From Chiloscyllium plagiosum (taxonomy: Eukaryota), in contig NC_057755.1 of NCBI RefSeq assembly GCF_004010195.1, forward strand, positions 8,745,685 through 8,809,684: a stretch of DNA of 64,000 nucleotides, in the 5' to 3' direction. Below, in pieces: positions 38,345-50,095 of the stretch. The notes under the pieces were generated by a model. That model did not search any database. It saw only the letters and a program-made list of their open reading frames with translations, and was not told the DNA's origin. Numbering within the stretch: position 1 is the stretch's first letter; every line of letters begins with the position of its first letter. The position numbers were made by a program, and so were the translations under genes.

Positions 38345-41300
38345 CGAACTGGAATGTGGGTAGTGTCATGACTAACTTCCTTGATTGGAGCTGTTAACCT
38401 TGTCCAATCAGGTATCTCTGGATGTCTGATATTATCAATAGTTTTGGGGGATCTGTTCACTCTCGGAGCTGGTTCTGAGCTAGTTGGATCCATGTCATGA
38501 ACTATGCCCGTCTAAATAAAGGGGATTTGGTAACGGGAAGTCAGCCTTTGTGTACTTATTTCATTGGCGGCGAGAGTAAAATTAATGATGTCAGCATACA
38601 AAAGCGCCGATGAACCGAAGCTCAACTTGATGTGAATAAAGCATTTCAATTGGCATTGTCACCAGGAAATGCAGCAGCTGGACTTCATGAGTTACAGTGT
38701 AGGGCGATGGAAGTTGGCACTTTCACCAGGCTGACTGAGCTTCAATGATACCATGTGAGTGAAGTCAATTACACTGCCTCACTCTGGACCCTGAACATAG
38801 AACTGCCCAGCAAAAGAACGGCCCATTCGTCCCACAAAGTTTTTCTGAACTTGACACTGGACTTAACTGATCTTTTTTGCCTGCCATTGGTCCATATCCC
38901 TGCACACACTACGTATCCAAAACTAACCAGAGTTTTTCTAACTTCTCCTTATAGCTCATGCAATCTAATGCAGGCAGCATCCTAGTAAAACTCTTTTGCA
39001 CCCCTTCCAAAGCTTCCACACATTTTCTGTAAAGTGGCAATCTGAACTGAACACAGTACTCTCAGTGTGGCCTCACGAAAGGTTTATAAAGTTGTAACAA
39101 TTTATTGAAAGTGTATGAGATCATGATCGGCATTGACAGGGTGAATGCACCCAGTCTTTTTCCCAGTTTTATATGAAATTAGCTGCCAGTCAAAGTGGTT
39201 GCGGTGGGTACATTAATGACATTTATAAGGTATTTGAGCAAATACATGTGTCGGAAAGGATTCGAAGGACGTGGACCAAGAGCAGGGAAATGGGATTAGT
39301 GTGAATGGACATTTTCGTGGGCATGGATCAGTTTGGACTGGAGGGTCTATCTCCATGCTCCGTGATTCAATGACCCCAACAATCTATACCATAATATTCT
39401 GACCCTTGTACTCAATTCCCTGACCATTTAAGGCAAGCACGCCATACACCTTCTTCACCACCATATCTACTTGCATGACCACTTTCAGTGAGACATGGAT
39501 TTGAAACTCAAGATGCCTTTGTACATCAATGCTCTGCAGGCTCCAGCCATTACCTGATACGTTTCATTAATGTGTATTCTTCTAAAGTGCAATACCTCAC
39601 ACTTACCCGTATTAAGCTCCATCTGCCATTTCGATGTCCATATCTGCAACTGATCTATATCCCGCTCTATCGTTCTACACTAACTACAACTCCACTGATC
39701 GTTGTATGATCTGCAAACTTACTAAACCGCCCCATCCACATTTTTCAACCAAGTCATTTATATCTAGTACAAACAGCAGAACTCCCAGTTTAAATCTCTG
39801 CGGAACACCACAAGTAACGGACCTCCAACTTGCAAAGCACCCTTTCTCCACTCACCTCTGCCTTTTATGGGAAAGGGTTTAAATAACCCCAATCCAAGAC
39901 TGGCATCTCCACTTCTAAGGGAAAGCCAATCCTGAATCCACACGGCCAAATCACTGTGTATCCTACGCATGTTAATCTTCAGGATGAACTTTCCATGAGG
40001 GACAGCCCCCAAAGCCTGACTAAATTCCAATTCTCTCCCCTCATCGCTCAGCATATACTGAGCAGATGGCCTCCGCATCAGCTGACACCAAAACCCCAAA
40101 ACAAAGACAAGCATCATTCAAGCTGTTATCATTTTCTTCAGGACCGGGATGCCAACTTGTGACAGTGACAGATTCCCACTAGGCCTGACGTCAGTAAGAG
40201 AACTGATAGGCCGCTTTCCAGGAGAGTGCACACCCTGGAAAGCCCACCTCCAGCTTGCTCGGAACAGTTTCATTTCTGAGCAACATTTAAATCAGAACTG
40301 ATCAAAACAAACGTCTATTTAAATGATTACCTGGTTCTAATGGCAGTAGATACCATTACAGATGTATCAATGATTGGAAAACCAATATTTAACAAAATTC
40401 ACTCGGTATTTCAACTCTTAAGTAAGGCATCGGCCTACGCTGGGAACCTATCGTGGGGAACCTTGACCGATTAAGTCGAAAACTTCAGTTTCGATCTCGT
40501 ATGAGAAGTATCTGGTTCAGTTTCCACTGATCGAGCTAAAAGGCTTGGGTCCAACGCTGATGGGGAATATGGGCTGAGAAAGATTCACTTTGATTGGTTC
40601 CGCATTTTTCAGTGAGAAAATAGCTGCTTGAGTGAAGTCCGAATGAAATACCAAGAGGTTTTTCAGGAAAGTCTCCGGGTGCCCAAAGGAGCCAAAGCCG
40701 CCTTGCATGTTTACTGGGAAGTAATTCCTCGATTCTGCAAGGCCTGCCCAGGGCCATTTGCCTTATACAGAAAGGTAGAGGCAGAAATCAGGAGGCTGGA
40801 AAGGGAACAAGTCATCAAATCAGTACAGTTTGCAGATTAGGCAGTATTTGCTATACTGATTATTCGACCCCAATGGATCGATTTGACATTTTGGGATTTT
40901 AATCTGGTAGTACACAGATTCTCACAGTTAGAAAAATACCGAACCCCTCAATGTAGAGGGCAGAAGTTTATTAAGGGGCACATGAGTGATTGTCCCAATC
41001 AAAGGTAAACCCTGTAAACGGTTAATCGTGGAATACAAAGGTCATTTCATGGGTCAATGTTTTTTGTTATTGTGGATGGTCATTCAAAGCGGTTGGACAT
41101 GGAATTTGTCAAACTCAGGGATGATGATTATGAAGGTGTGAGCATTATTCACAACACACGGACTCTGGACTTATTGGTTGTGGACAATGGGATGTCATTT
41201 TCGAGCAGGGTTTTCCAGTATTTCCTGACGTCGAATGGCATTTATCACATTCAGACAGCTCCATAACATCCATCATCCCATGATCTGGCGCAAAGAACTG

Positions 41301-42120
41301 TTCAAATTTTGAAGGCAGGCTTAAAGAAGCAGCCAATAGATTCACTCGATACCAAACTCTCCCGGGTCATGTTTGATTATAAGACCACTCCTCTCATAAC
41401 AACAGGGATAACTGCAACAGAGTTGCTGATGGGAAGAAGACTCCACACCAGGTTAAACCTGATATTCCCAGACCTGGAGGGATGGTGCAATATCATCAGG
41501 AATACCAATAACAGCCACGTGACTTCTCTCAGGGGGAGAGACAGTTTACTTCAGAGGATGAAGTTAGGTGTCGAAACCACAGAAATAGCCGTGCACAGGC
41601 ACGCGATGAGGTCAGTGTGAGATCAGGTCCTTTGACTTACAGAGTTTGGTTAAGTGAGTCGGTCCTGAACAAACATGTCGATTACATGAAAACTGCTCCC
41701 TTGCAAACGGGGCAAGAGCAAATCATAAGTGTCCCCTCAGAACAGCCAGAAAGGCTATCAGAAACAGTGGGTTCTCCATCTCTGTCTCGCGTTGAATTAA
41801 ACTCCGAATGGGAGATGTCTGCAGCCTCGATATCGTTACCACCTGAAGAAGAGGAGGAAACTCTCCCGAGGTGCTGCGGGTGCAAATAACTATTTACAGT
41901 CCAGAAAACATCGCCCGTGTACAAGGCAGAGTAGGAAGAACCAGATCTGTGGTGAAAACATCCCAGGAGAAGCTACAACAGAAAGAGCAGGCTTACATTC
42001 CCAGAACTGGCGTGCGAGTTGTTTCGTCAATGGAACGAGGGTCAGGCAGATCACATTGACTATGAGCGCCCCGATTCTTCTTAACCTGAGCCAATCAGGG
42101 AGCACTGGCTGACAGAGATA
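38345..42120 (+). mobile_element. Decayed, internally deleted Mag-type Gypsy element A with nested CR1 pieces
   Basis: LTR ending ttatttca then PBS-like tggcggcgag (~38565); protease MAVDT (~40345), RT N-terminus PRFCKACPGPFAL, integrase VDGHSK..DNG..TAP.HPSS..RTVQ (41030-41480); partial 3' LTR to ~42120. Confidence 0.8.
38790..40025. mobile_element. Nested CR1 fragments in both orientations
   Basis: CR1 3' UTR and RT remnants (ALGAVPHGK, LAVWIQDWL). Confidence 0.7.
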
Positions 42121-42854
42121 ATCCGACTCTTGATGCCCCTTGAAGGTGGGGACTGATGTTTCTTGTCCATATCTGGTAAACTGAGCCACAATGCCCTTGA
42201 GGGAGTGAATTCCAGGATTTTGGTGCAACGACAGTGAAGGAAAGACGTTATATTTCCAAGGCTAGATGTTGAATGATTGGTAGTGGAACGTGCAGGGTGT
42301 GGTGCTCCCCTGTATCTGCTGCTCTTTGTTTGGCTGCAAGATGTCACGTATTTGAAAGATACGATATGAGGATCTTCAGTGAGTATCTGCAGTGTACCTT
42401 GTAGCTGTTACACAATGCTGTTACTGAGTATTTGTGAAGCAGATTAGTTGATCAACGGGTGTCAATATAAGATGAGGAGGTATTTCTTCCCTCAGAGCGT
42501 TTGCAGACTTTGGAACCCCTTGTCACAGACAGCTGTGGGGCAATAATCCTCGTCAATATTAAGACAGAGAGAGACAGAGAGAGACAGATTCCTGATCAGT
42601 TGGGGACTGATCCGTTTTGGGAAAGCGCAGGAAAGTGAACATGAGTACTGTTGGACCAGCCATGACCCTACTGAATGGTGGAGCAGTTTCGAAGTGCTGA
42701 TCAGTCTCCTCCTGTTCTTATTTAATGTCGCATTATGGTCTTTTCAATCATCTACTTAATGTCCTACTGAGCCAACAAACGTCATACATCATTTGTTAGG
42801 GAAGAATAACTGAAGAAAATCACTTGACATTCAGTTGCATTCCAATCATGAAAT

Positions 42855-42997
42855 AAGTTAAAAATCACACAACACCAGGTCATAGTCCAACAGGTTTAAT
42901 TGGAAGCACTAGCTTTCAGAGCACTGCTCCTTCATCAGGTGGTTGCTTCCAATTAACCCTGTTGCACTATAACCTGGTGCTGTGTGATTTTTAACTT
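42855..42997. repeat. 143-bp palindromic element (54-bp arms, 35-nt loop), probably Penelope-terminus derived
   Basis: Arms 42855-42908 and 42944-42997 are near-perfect reverse complements. Confidence 0.85.
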
Positions 42998-43064
42998 TGT
43001 CCACCCCTATCCAACACCGGCATCTTCAAGTCAATATGGAAATAGTTTATTACATAGCCAGCGG

Positions 43065-43295
43065 AGCGTAAGTCTCCGGGTTCACAATGGGTTTCCTTCC
43101 ACAGCCCAGAAATGCGCAGGTTAGGTGGATTGGCTATGGTGAGCTGTCCTATTGTATCTCGGGATGTGCAGGCGAGGTGGGTAAGCCTTGGGAAATGCAA
43201 AATAGGGTAAGGGAAACGGCTGTCTGAGTTAGATACACAGAGAAGGATTGATGTGGACTCGATGGGCCGAATGCACATTGTAGCGATTCTATGAT
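43065..43295 (+). mobile_element. HE1/V-SINE fragment, internally deleted
   Basis: ccgggttca...tttccttccacagcccagaaatgcgcaggttaggtggattggc...gggccgaatg. Confidence 0.7.
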
Positions 43296-43879
43296 CTGCT
43301 CCATGGAAGGAAATTCAGGAAATGTGAAAGTGCTCAAATGATAGAACTGATGAAAAATAAAGATCATTCTCACAGACTCTGTTATCCTGATTGTCCACCT
43401 TGACAAGATAATTTGTATTTGATAAAATGATGATGGTAAACTACAGAAATGGAGTTTATCTCTATCCCAGGAGAAAAAGAAAAATACATTTAAGTCAATC
43501 CTGTACAAAACAATGTTGGAATAAAAATCAAAACAAGCACTGCAAAACTAGATCTGAATGACTTCCCTTCAAACACAGTGCCAGATATTTAAAAGCATCG
43601 ATATCTTTTCAAATGCAACCTGTTCAGAGATGTCATGACACAATTCTGGAGCAGGTGGAGCTTGGACTTGGGCCTCTCTGGTCCACAGGTCGGGATGAGT
43701 GCCATCAATACAACAGATTTAAATGTCGCTTGGAATATACTGGAGAGCCAGTGTAACTCACTTGGTTGAAATGGCAACAGTCAGATTGTAGACTTACATA
43801 TTAATTAGTCGCAGACATCATGCTGTGATGTCTCACGCACTCATCAGCTTAATGCAATCATTGGTAGATTTTGTACTCC

Positions 43880-44390
43880 TTACCTAATATATCATGAGCA
43901 GTTTTGGGCCCTGTGTCGAAGGAAGGATATTTAGAACCTGAAGGAGGTTCAGAAGATATTCATAAGAATGATCCTGGGGATGGAGGGTCTGTCATATGAG
44001 AATCGGTTGAGGACACCGTGAGTTTTTAAATATGAACGTGAATCTGATTGAAACTTTCTGAATATTGAGAGATTTGGATCGAGTGGATATGAAGAAGATG
44101 CTTCTTCTCATAGGACACATTCAAGTCTAATGGCACAACCTCAGGGTGAAGGGATGTCCCTTTAGAACTCAGACGAGACGAATTTCTTCAGCCAGAGGAT
44201 GGTGGAATTAATGGAAGTCATTGCCACACAAAGGCTATGGAGACCAAATCACTGAGTATTTGAAGAAAAAGTTAGTTTTCTTTATAAATTAGGGAATCAA
44301 GGGTTACAGGGAGAAGGCTGGAAAATGGGATTAAGGAACATGTCGGCCGAATCGCCTAATTCTCCTCCTATGTCTTATCTTTTTCTGATC
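43880..44390 (+). mobile_element. CR1 3' fragment
   Basis: gagcagttttgggccc...cctaattctcctcctatgtctta; similar to 18530-19125. Confidence 0.75.
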
Positions 44391-45251
44391 TTATGGACAA
44401 GTAGTGAATAGCATTTGATCCACACAAGTTTCAGGCAACTACTATCTTTAACAAAAGAGATTCTAATCATCGCCCTTTGATTTTCAATGACATTGTCATC
44501 ACAGCATCCACTGCTATTCATACCCTGGGGATTACCATTGAACTAAAACAGCCCTGCCTTAGCCATATAAGTATTGTAACGACAAGAGCAGAGCTGAGGC
44601 TTGGAATCCTGCTGCGAAAATATCACCCACTGACTACCCAAAGCTTATCTCATCATCTACAAAGCACACGTCAGGAGTAAGAGGGAATACACCTACTTGT
44701 CTGGATCGGTGCAGCTCCAAAAACACTCAAGAAGCTCAACACTATTCAGGACCATGGAAAATTCTGAAGAAGACTCAAACCAGATTCGAAAACTTAACTT
44801 AAGTTTTTCTCTACAAAGAAACTGCCAGATCTGCCGAGCCTATCTCATTTTACTTTGCTTAAAGCAGATATCAGCATCTGCAGTAGTTTGCATTTAGTCC
44901 AGCATATATCAGCCTATTTGTTTTCCATCACATCCATAAACTTTCAGTCTGTGTCCTCCCACTGCCGCTCAGTGAAAGCAGGTTGTACCATCTAAAAGAC
45001 ATATTGCAACAGCTCACCAAGTTTACTCAGACAGCTCCCTCTCAGTCACACAGCCACAACTGTCTAGAATCAGCAGATGGATGGGAGTGCCATCACTTGC
45101 AAGTTTCGTTCAATCCACTCACGTTCCTGGAATGGAAAAAAAACATCACCATTCCTTCAGTGTTGCTGGATAAGTTGAAAGACATTTGGACAGCTCCATG
45201 CATCGGAAAGTTTCAGTGGGATATGGATTCAATGCAAGGAAATGTAACTCG

Positions 45252-47460
45252 AACATAGAACATTACAGCACAGTACAGGCCCTTCGGTCCTCGATGTTGC
45301 GCCGATCAGTCATAACAATCTGAAGCCCATCTAATCTACACTATTCCATGTGCGTTCATATATTTGTCCAATTACGACGTAAATGCACTTAGAGTTGGCG
45401 AATATACGACCGTTGCAGTCAAAGCATCCTATACCCTGACTCCTCTCTGAGTAAAGAAATCATCTCTGACATCTGTCCTATATCTATCATTCCTCAATTT
45501 AAAGCTATGCTCGGAGTCAACATACTTGGAAAATGTCTCTCCCTGTCCACCCTATATAACCCTCTGATTATCTTATATGTCTCTATCAAGTCACCTCTCA
45601 ACCTTCTTCTCTCCAACGAAAACAGCCTCAAGTCCCTCAGCCTTTCCTCGTAAGACCTCTGCTCCATACCAGGCAACATCCGAGTAAATCTCCTCTGCAC
45701 CCTTTTCAAAGCGTCCACATCCTTCTTATAATATGGTGACCAGAACTGGACATAATACTCCAAGAGCGGCCGCACCCGAGTTTTATACAGCTGTAGCATA
45801 GAACATAGAAGATAGAAGAATCCAGCGCAGTACAGGCCCTTTGGACCTCGATGTTGCGCCAATCCAAGCTCACCTAACCTACACTAGCCCACTATCCTCC
45901 ATATGCCTATCCAATGCCCGTTTAAATAGGACATAAAGAGGGAGAGTCCACCACTGCTACTGGCAGGGCATTCCATGAACTCACGACTCGCTGAGTAAGG
46001 AATCTACCCCTAACATCTATCCTTTACCTACCACCCCTTAATTTAAAGCTGACTCCATATGTGGAAAAAGGTTCTCATGGTCAACCCTATCGAAACCCCT
46101 AATCATCTTGTACACCTCTATCAAGTCACCCCTAAACCTTCTTTTCTCCAATGAAAACAGCCCCAAGTGCCTCAGCCTTTCCTCATACGATCTTCCTACC
46201 ATACCAGGCAACATCCTGGTAAACCTCCTCTGCACCCGTTACAGTGCCTCCACATCCTTCCTATAGCATGGCGACTCCCAAAGTGAATCACCTCACATTT
46301 AGCTACATTGAATTCCATTTGCCACCTTTCTGCAGCTTCTCTATATCCTGCTGTAACCTGCTACATGCTTCCTCACTGTCAACAACTCCTCCGCCTTTCG
46401 TATCATCCGCAAACTTGCTCACCCAACCTTCTAACCCCTCTTCCAGGTCATTTATAAAAATGACAAACAGCAATGGTCCCAAAACAGATCCTTGCGGAAC
46501 ACCGCTAGTAACTGCACTCCAAGATGAACCTTTACCATCAACTACTACCCCCTGTCTTCTTCCAGCCAGCCAATTCCTAATCCAAACCTCCAACTCACAC
46601 TCAATGCCATACCTCCGTATTTTTTGCAGTAGCCTACCATGGGGAACCTTATCAAACGCCTTACTAAAATCCATATACACCATATCTACCGCTTTACCCT
46701 CGTCTACCTCCTTAGTCACCTCCTCAAAGAATTCAATAAGGTTTGTGAGACACGATCTGTTCTTCACAAAACCATGCTGACTATCCTTAATCACATTATC
46801 CTTATCCAGATGTTCATAAATCCTCATGGTTCCGGAACTCAATCCCTCTATTAATAAAAGCTAAAACACTGAATGCCTTCTTAACAAGACTATCAACCTG
46901 GGAGGCAACTTTCAAGGATCTGTGTACCGACATCGAGATCTCTCTGCTCATTGACACTGCCAAGAATCTTTGCATTTGCCCGGTACTATGCATTCCGGTT
47001 CGTCCGACCAAAGTGAATCACCTCACACTTTTCCGCATTAAACTCCATTTGCCACCCCTCAGCCCATATATACAGTTTATCTATTTCTCTCTGTAACCTA
47101 CAACATCCTTCGTCACTGTCCACGACGCCAGCGACCGTAGTGTCGTCTGCAAATTTACTAACCCACCCTTCTACGCCCTCATCCAGGTAATTTTAAAAGA
47201 ATGACCAACAGCAGTGACCCAACACCGACCCTTGCAATACACCACTAGTAACTGGACTCCAGGATGAACATTTCCCATCAACCAACACCCTCTGTCTTCT
47301 TTCAGCAAGCCAATTACTGATCCAAAGTGCTATATCTCCCACAATCCCATTCCTCTGCATTTTGTACAATAGCCTATTGTGGGGAATCTTATCGAATGCT
47401 TAGATGAAATCCATATACACACATCAACCGGTTTACTCTCATCTACCTGTTTGGTCACCA
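45252..47460 (-). mobile_element. Stack of nested CR1 ORF2/3'-end fragments
   Basis: Tails at ~45255 and ~45800; ORFs 45494-45862, 46038-46235, 46303-46842 (FADDTK), 46814-47011. Confidence 0.92.
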
Positions 47461-47894
47461 GCGTCTACTGAATTGTAACTCTGGATGCGGAATAAATGCT
47501 GACTCAGCCTGTTCTCTATTGGAACTAAATTATCTGTAAAACATTTATAAATAAACCTGCTTCAGCAGACGGGTGGAAACAACAATGAAATGAATCATTC
47601 AACAAACCACGAGGAACACGAAGTTTTGAAGCAACCAAAGCCAGGGAACTATGTCAAATTTCAATAGGTAATGATGGAGTTAAGTTAAATCGGTTGTACA
47701 TAAACATAAAAATCAAAAGAAATTTGGATGTGGTAAATCAGAACCAAAAACACAAGTCGCTGGAAAAATTCTGAGGCAGAGTAACCAGATCCGAGACGTT
47801 AACTCTGATTTCTCTTCCCAAAAGCTGACGGACCTGATGCTCTTTCCCAGAACATTCTGTTTTTGTGTACACAAACATATCTGGATTTAAGGGC

Positions 47895-47964
47895 CAATAC
47901 TACCAACAGCTGTAAGTGTCGAGTAGAAAGTATGTACTAACTGTAAGATGGCTGAGTATTTCAT
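47895..47964 (-). pseudogene. Orphan paralogous GPCR exon 1 (MKYSAILQLVHTFYSTLTAVGSI+G) with non-consensus donor
   Basis: 70 nt, homologous to 37376-37445 within homologous flanks; donor G|gccctt; no exon 2 seen between 42100 and 47800. Confidence 0.8.
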
Positions 47965-48737
47965 TATGTCCCAATTAGATCTGTCAGTTCCTATGGAGTC
48001 AATGATTCTGTCCGTGGAAAACAATAATGTTGCCAAAACAGCCTAAATTTATTTAGAAGTTAAATTACCAGTGAGACAGTAAATCTGGTTGAATCGCTAG
48101 TTATATTAGCTGCAGTAATCTGAACAAACAGCAAAGTACTTACTTTCCTCTGAAAGTTATTCCGTAGTGGAATGTATTTTGAAGAAGAAAATGCCACTAA
48201 TTTCTTGAGAATTCGATTTCGGTTTCACTGTCATGTGTACGGAAGTGCAGAGGTACATGAGTACAGTGAAAAGTGAACACTGTCAACGTTCCTAGATCCA
48301 TCTCACAGACAATGGCATCTTGGTTCAAAACCTTAGGTAAAAAGGGGAAACATGAAATTAAAAGTTAAAACTGAAAAACGTGTTTTGAAATATTTTCGAA
48401 AGACAGAGCAAGGCACTCCAGTTTGCAATAAAGCTATTCTGTATTAGACTCAGATGCACATTTCCTTCATTATTGCCTTTTACATTAACCAAACACTCAG
48501 TTTTCAACTGAGTGGAAGTATCACGCCCATGGCTAATCAGTCCCTTTCCTTTTGGATACTAAAAAGGGGTTCTGCATTTCTGAGAGGAGGTTCAATTCAG
48601 CGTTACCTTCAGGAATGTGGAACTCGTAAGGGATTAGAATACTGGGATGTGGGTAGTGTAGTGATTGAGTTCCCTGACTGGGGCTGTTAACTTGGCCCAA
48701 TCAGGCAGCCCTTGCTGACAGATACAAACAGGAGATT

Positions 48738-50095
48738 ACGTTAGAGCCCGGGTGTCCTTGGAGAAGGAGCACGCGGTGTCGACCAACACCCTGGAGTTGT
48801 TCAGGGAGAGGTGGGCGCCGCAGGGAGTGGAGTGCATCATTTCTCCCTCCAACTCTATTTTGATTTAGTCCCTACCCTCCCCCTCACTGTTTTGATCACA
48901 CCGCACTGCCCTAGAAAAGAAAAAAAAAGAAACAAAAAAAAAAGAAAATAGAAACAATTTATAGTGCAAATGATGGCCATTTAGCCCAAATGTGCTGGCC
49001 AAGAAAATCAGTTCTCCTGCCTCTACTGCCCTATAAGATAGTCAACCTAGACTTCCACACCTTCTGAGTGAAAAGCTGTCTCCTAAAGGCCTTTCCCATC
49101 ATTCTAGCAAATTAATCCCACTAGTTATTAATCTTTCTGCTAAGGTAAACCAATCCTACCTATCAACCTGATCTAGGTACCTCCTCCATACTGACCAAAA
49201 CTGCAGACTTCCAACCACGAATATAATGGTTCACATCTTTGTTTGAACCAAATATTTGTGACAAAGCCGTGTCACTGCGGAATCTTTGGAGTGGCACGGT
49301 GGCTCAGTGGACAGTGTCAGGGCCCTGTGTTCGATTCCAGCCTTGGGCGACTATCTGCATACAGTTTGCACATTCTCCCTGTATCTGTGTGGGTTTCTTC
49401 CAGGTGCTCCCGTTTTCTCCCACAGTCCAAAGATGTGCAGGCTAGGTGGACTGGAGCCATGCTAAAATTGTCCATGGTGTGCAGGCTCAGTGAATTAGCC
49501 CTGGGAAATGCAGGGTTACAGGGATGGAGTAGGTCTGGTGAGATGCTCTTTGGAGGGTCAGTGTGGGCTTGATGTGCCAATGGCTTTCTTCTACATTGTA
49601 GGGATTCTGTAATTTCATACATTTCAATTTAATCTGCCTGCAGCCCCTGTCTTCCAAAGAAATAGAATCCAGCCTGTCCAATCTTTACTCATTTCTCATT
49701 CCTGCCCTCACAAAAGAATCTTGGGCACTTTTATCTTGAAGAAGGAGTTTTTTCTAATTTACTGACATCCTAGTAAGTTGAACTTGATCTTTGGAAGAGC
49801 ATGAGTGAGAGGTGACTGGGTTGAAATATATGCGATCCTAAATAGTCTTGACAGGGTGGATATGGAAAGACTGTTTTGATCACACAGCACTGCCCCTTGA
49901 TGTGAAGGGCAGTGTTTGTCACTGGCCATCCGGGTGTTTTCCTATCTTCCTGGTGGTGGAATTTGAATAAAGATTCGTGCACTTTGTGTCTTTCACTGTG
50001 TCTCACACCTGCACACACACACCATGGGTGCTGAGAAAAAATAAGCACTACCGCACTTAGGTGGTAGTGTGGGGGTTTAAAAAAAAAGAAAAAAA
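48738..50095 (+). mobile_element. 5'-truncated Tx1/L1-clade LINE (ORF2 C-terminus, 3' UTR, poly-A) with 14-bp TSD; contains a secondary insert 48912-49869
   Basis: VRARVSLEKEHAVSTNTLELFRERWAPQGVECIISPSNSILI* (stop 48866-48868; Tx1 assignment from recall); aataaa, 3' hairpin, A-tail; TSD acaaacaggagatt / acaaacagaagatt. Confidence 0.8.
49270..49610 (+). mobile_element. HE1/V-SINE
   Basis: gtggcacggtggctcagtgg head, V-domain, CR1-like tail. Confidence 0.85.
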
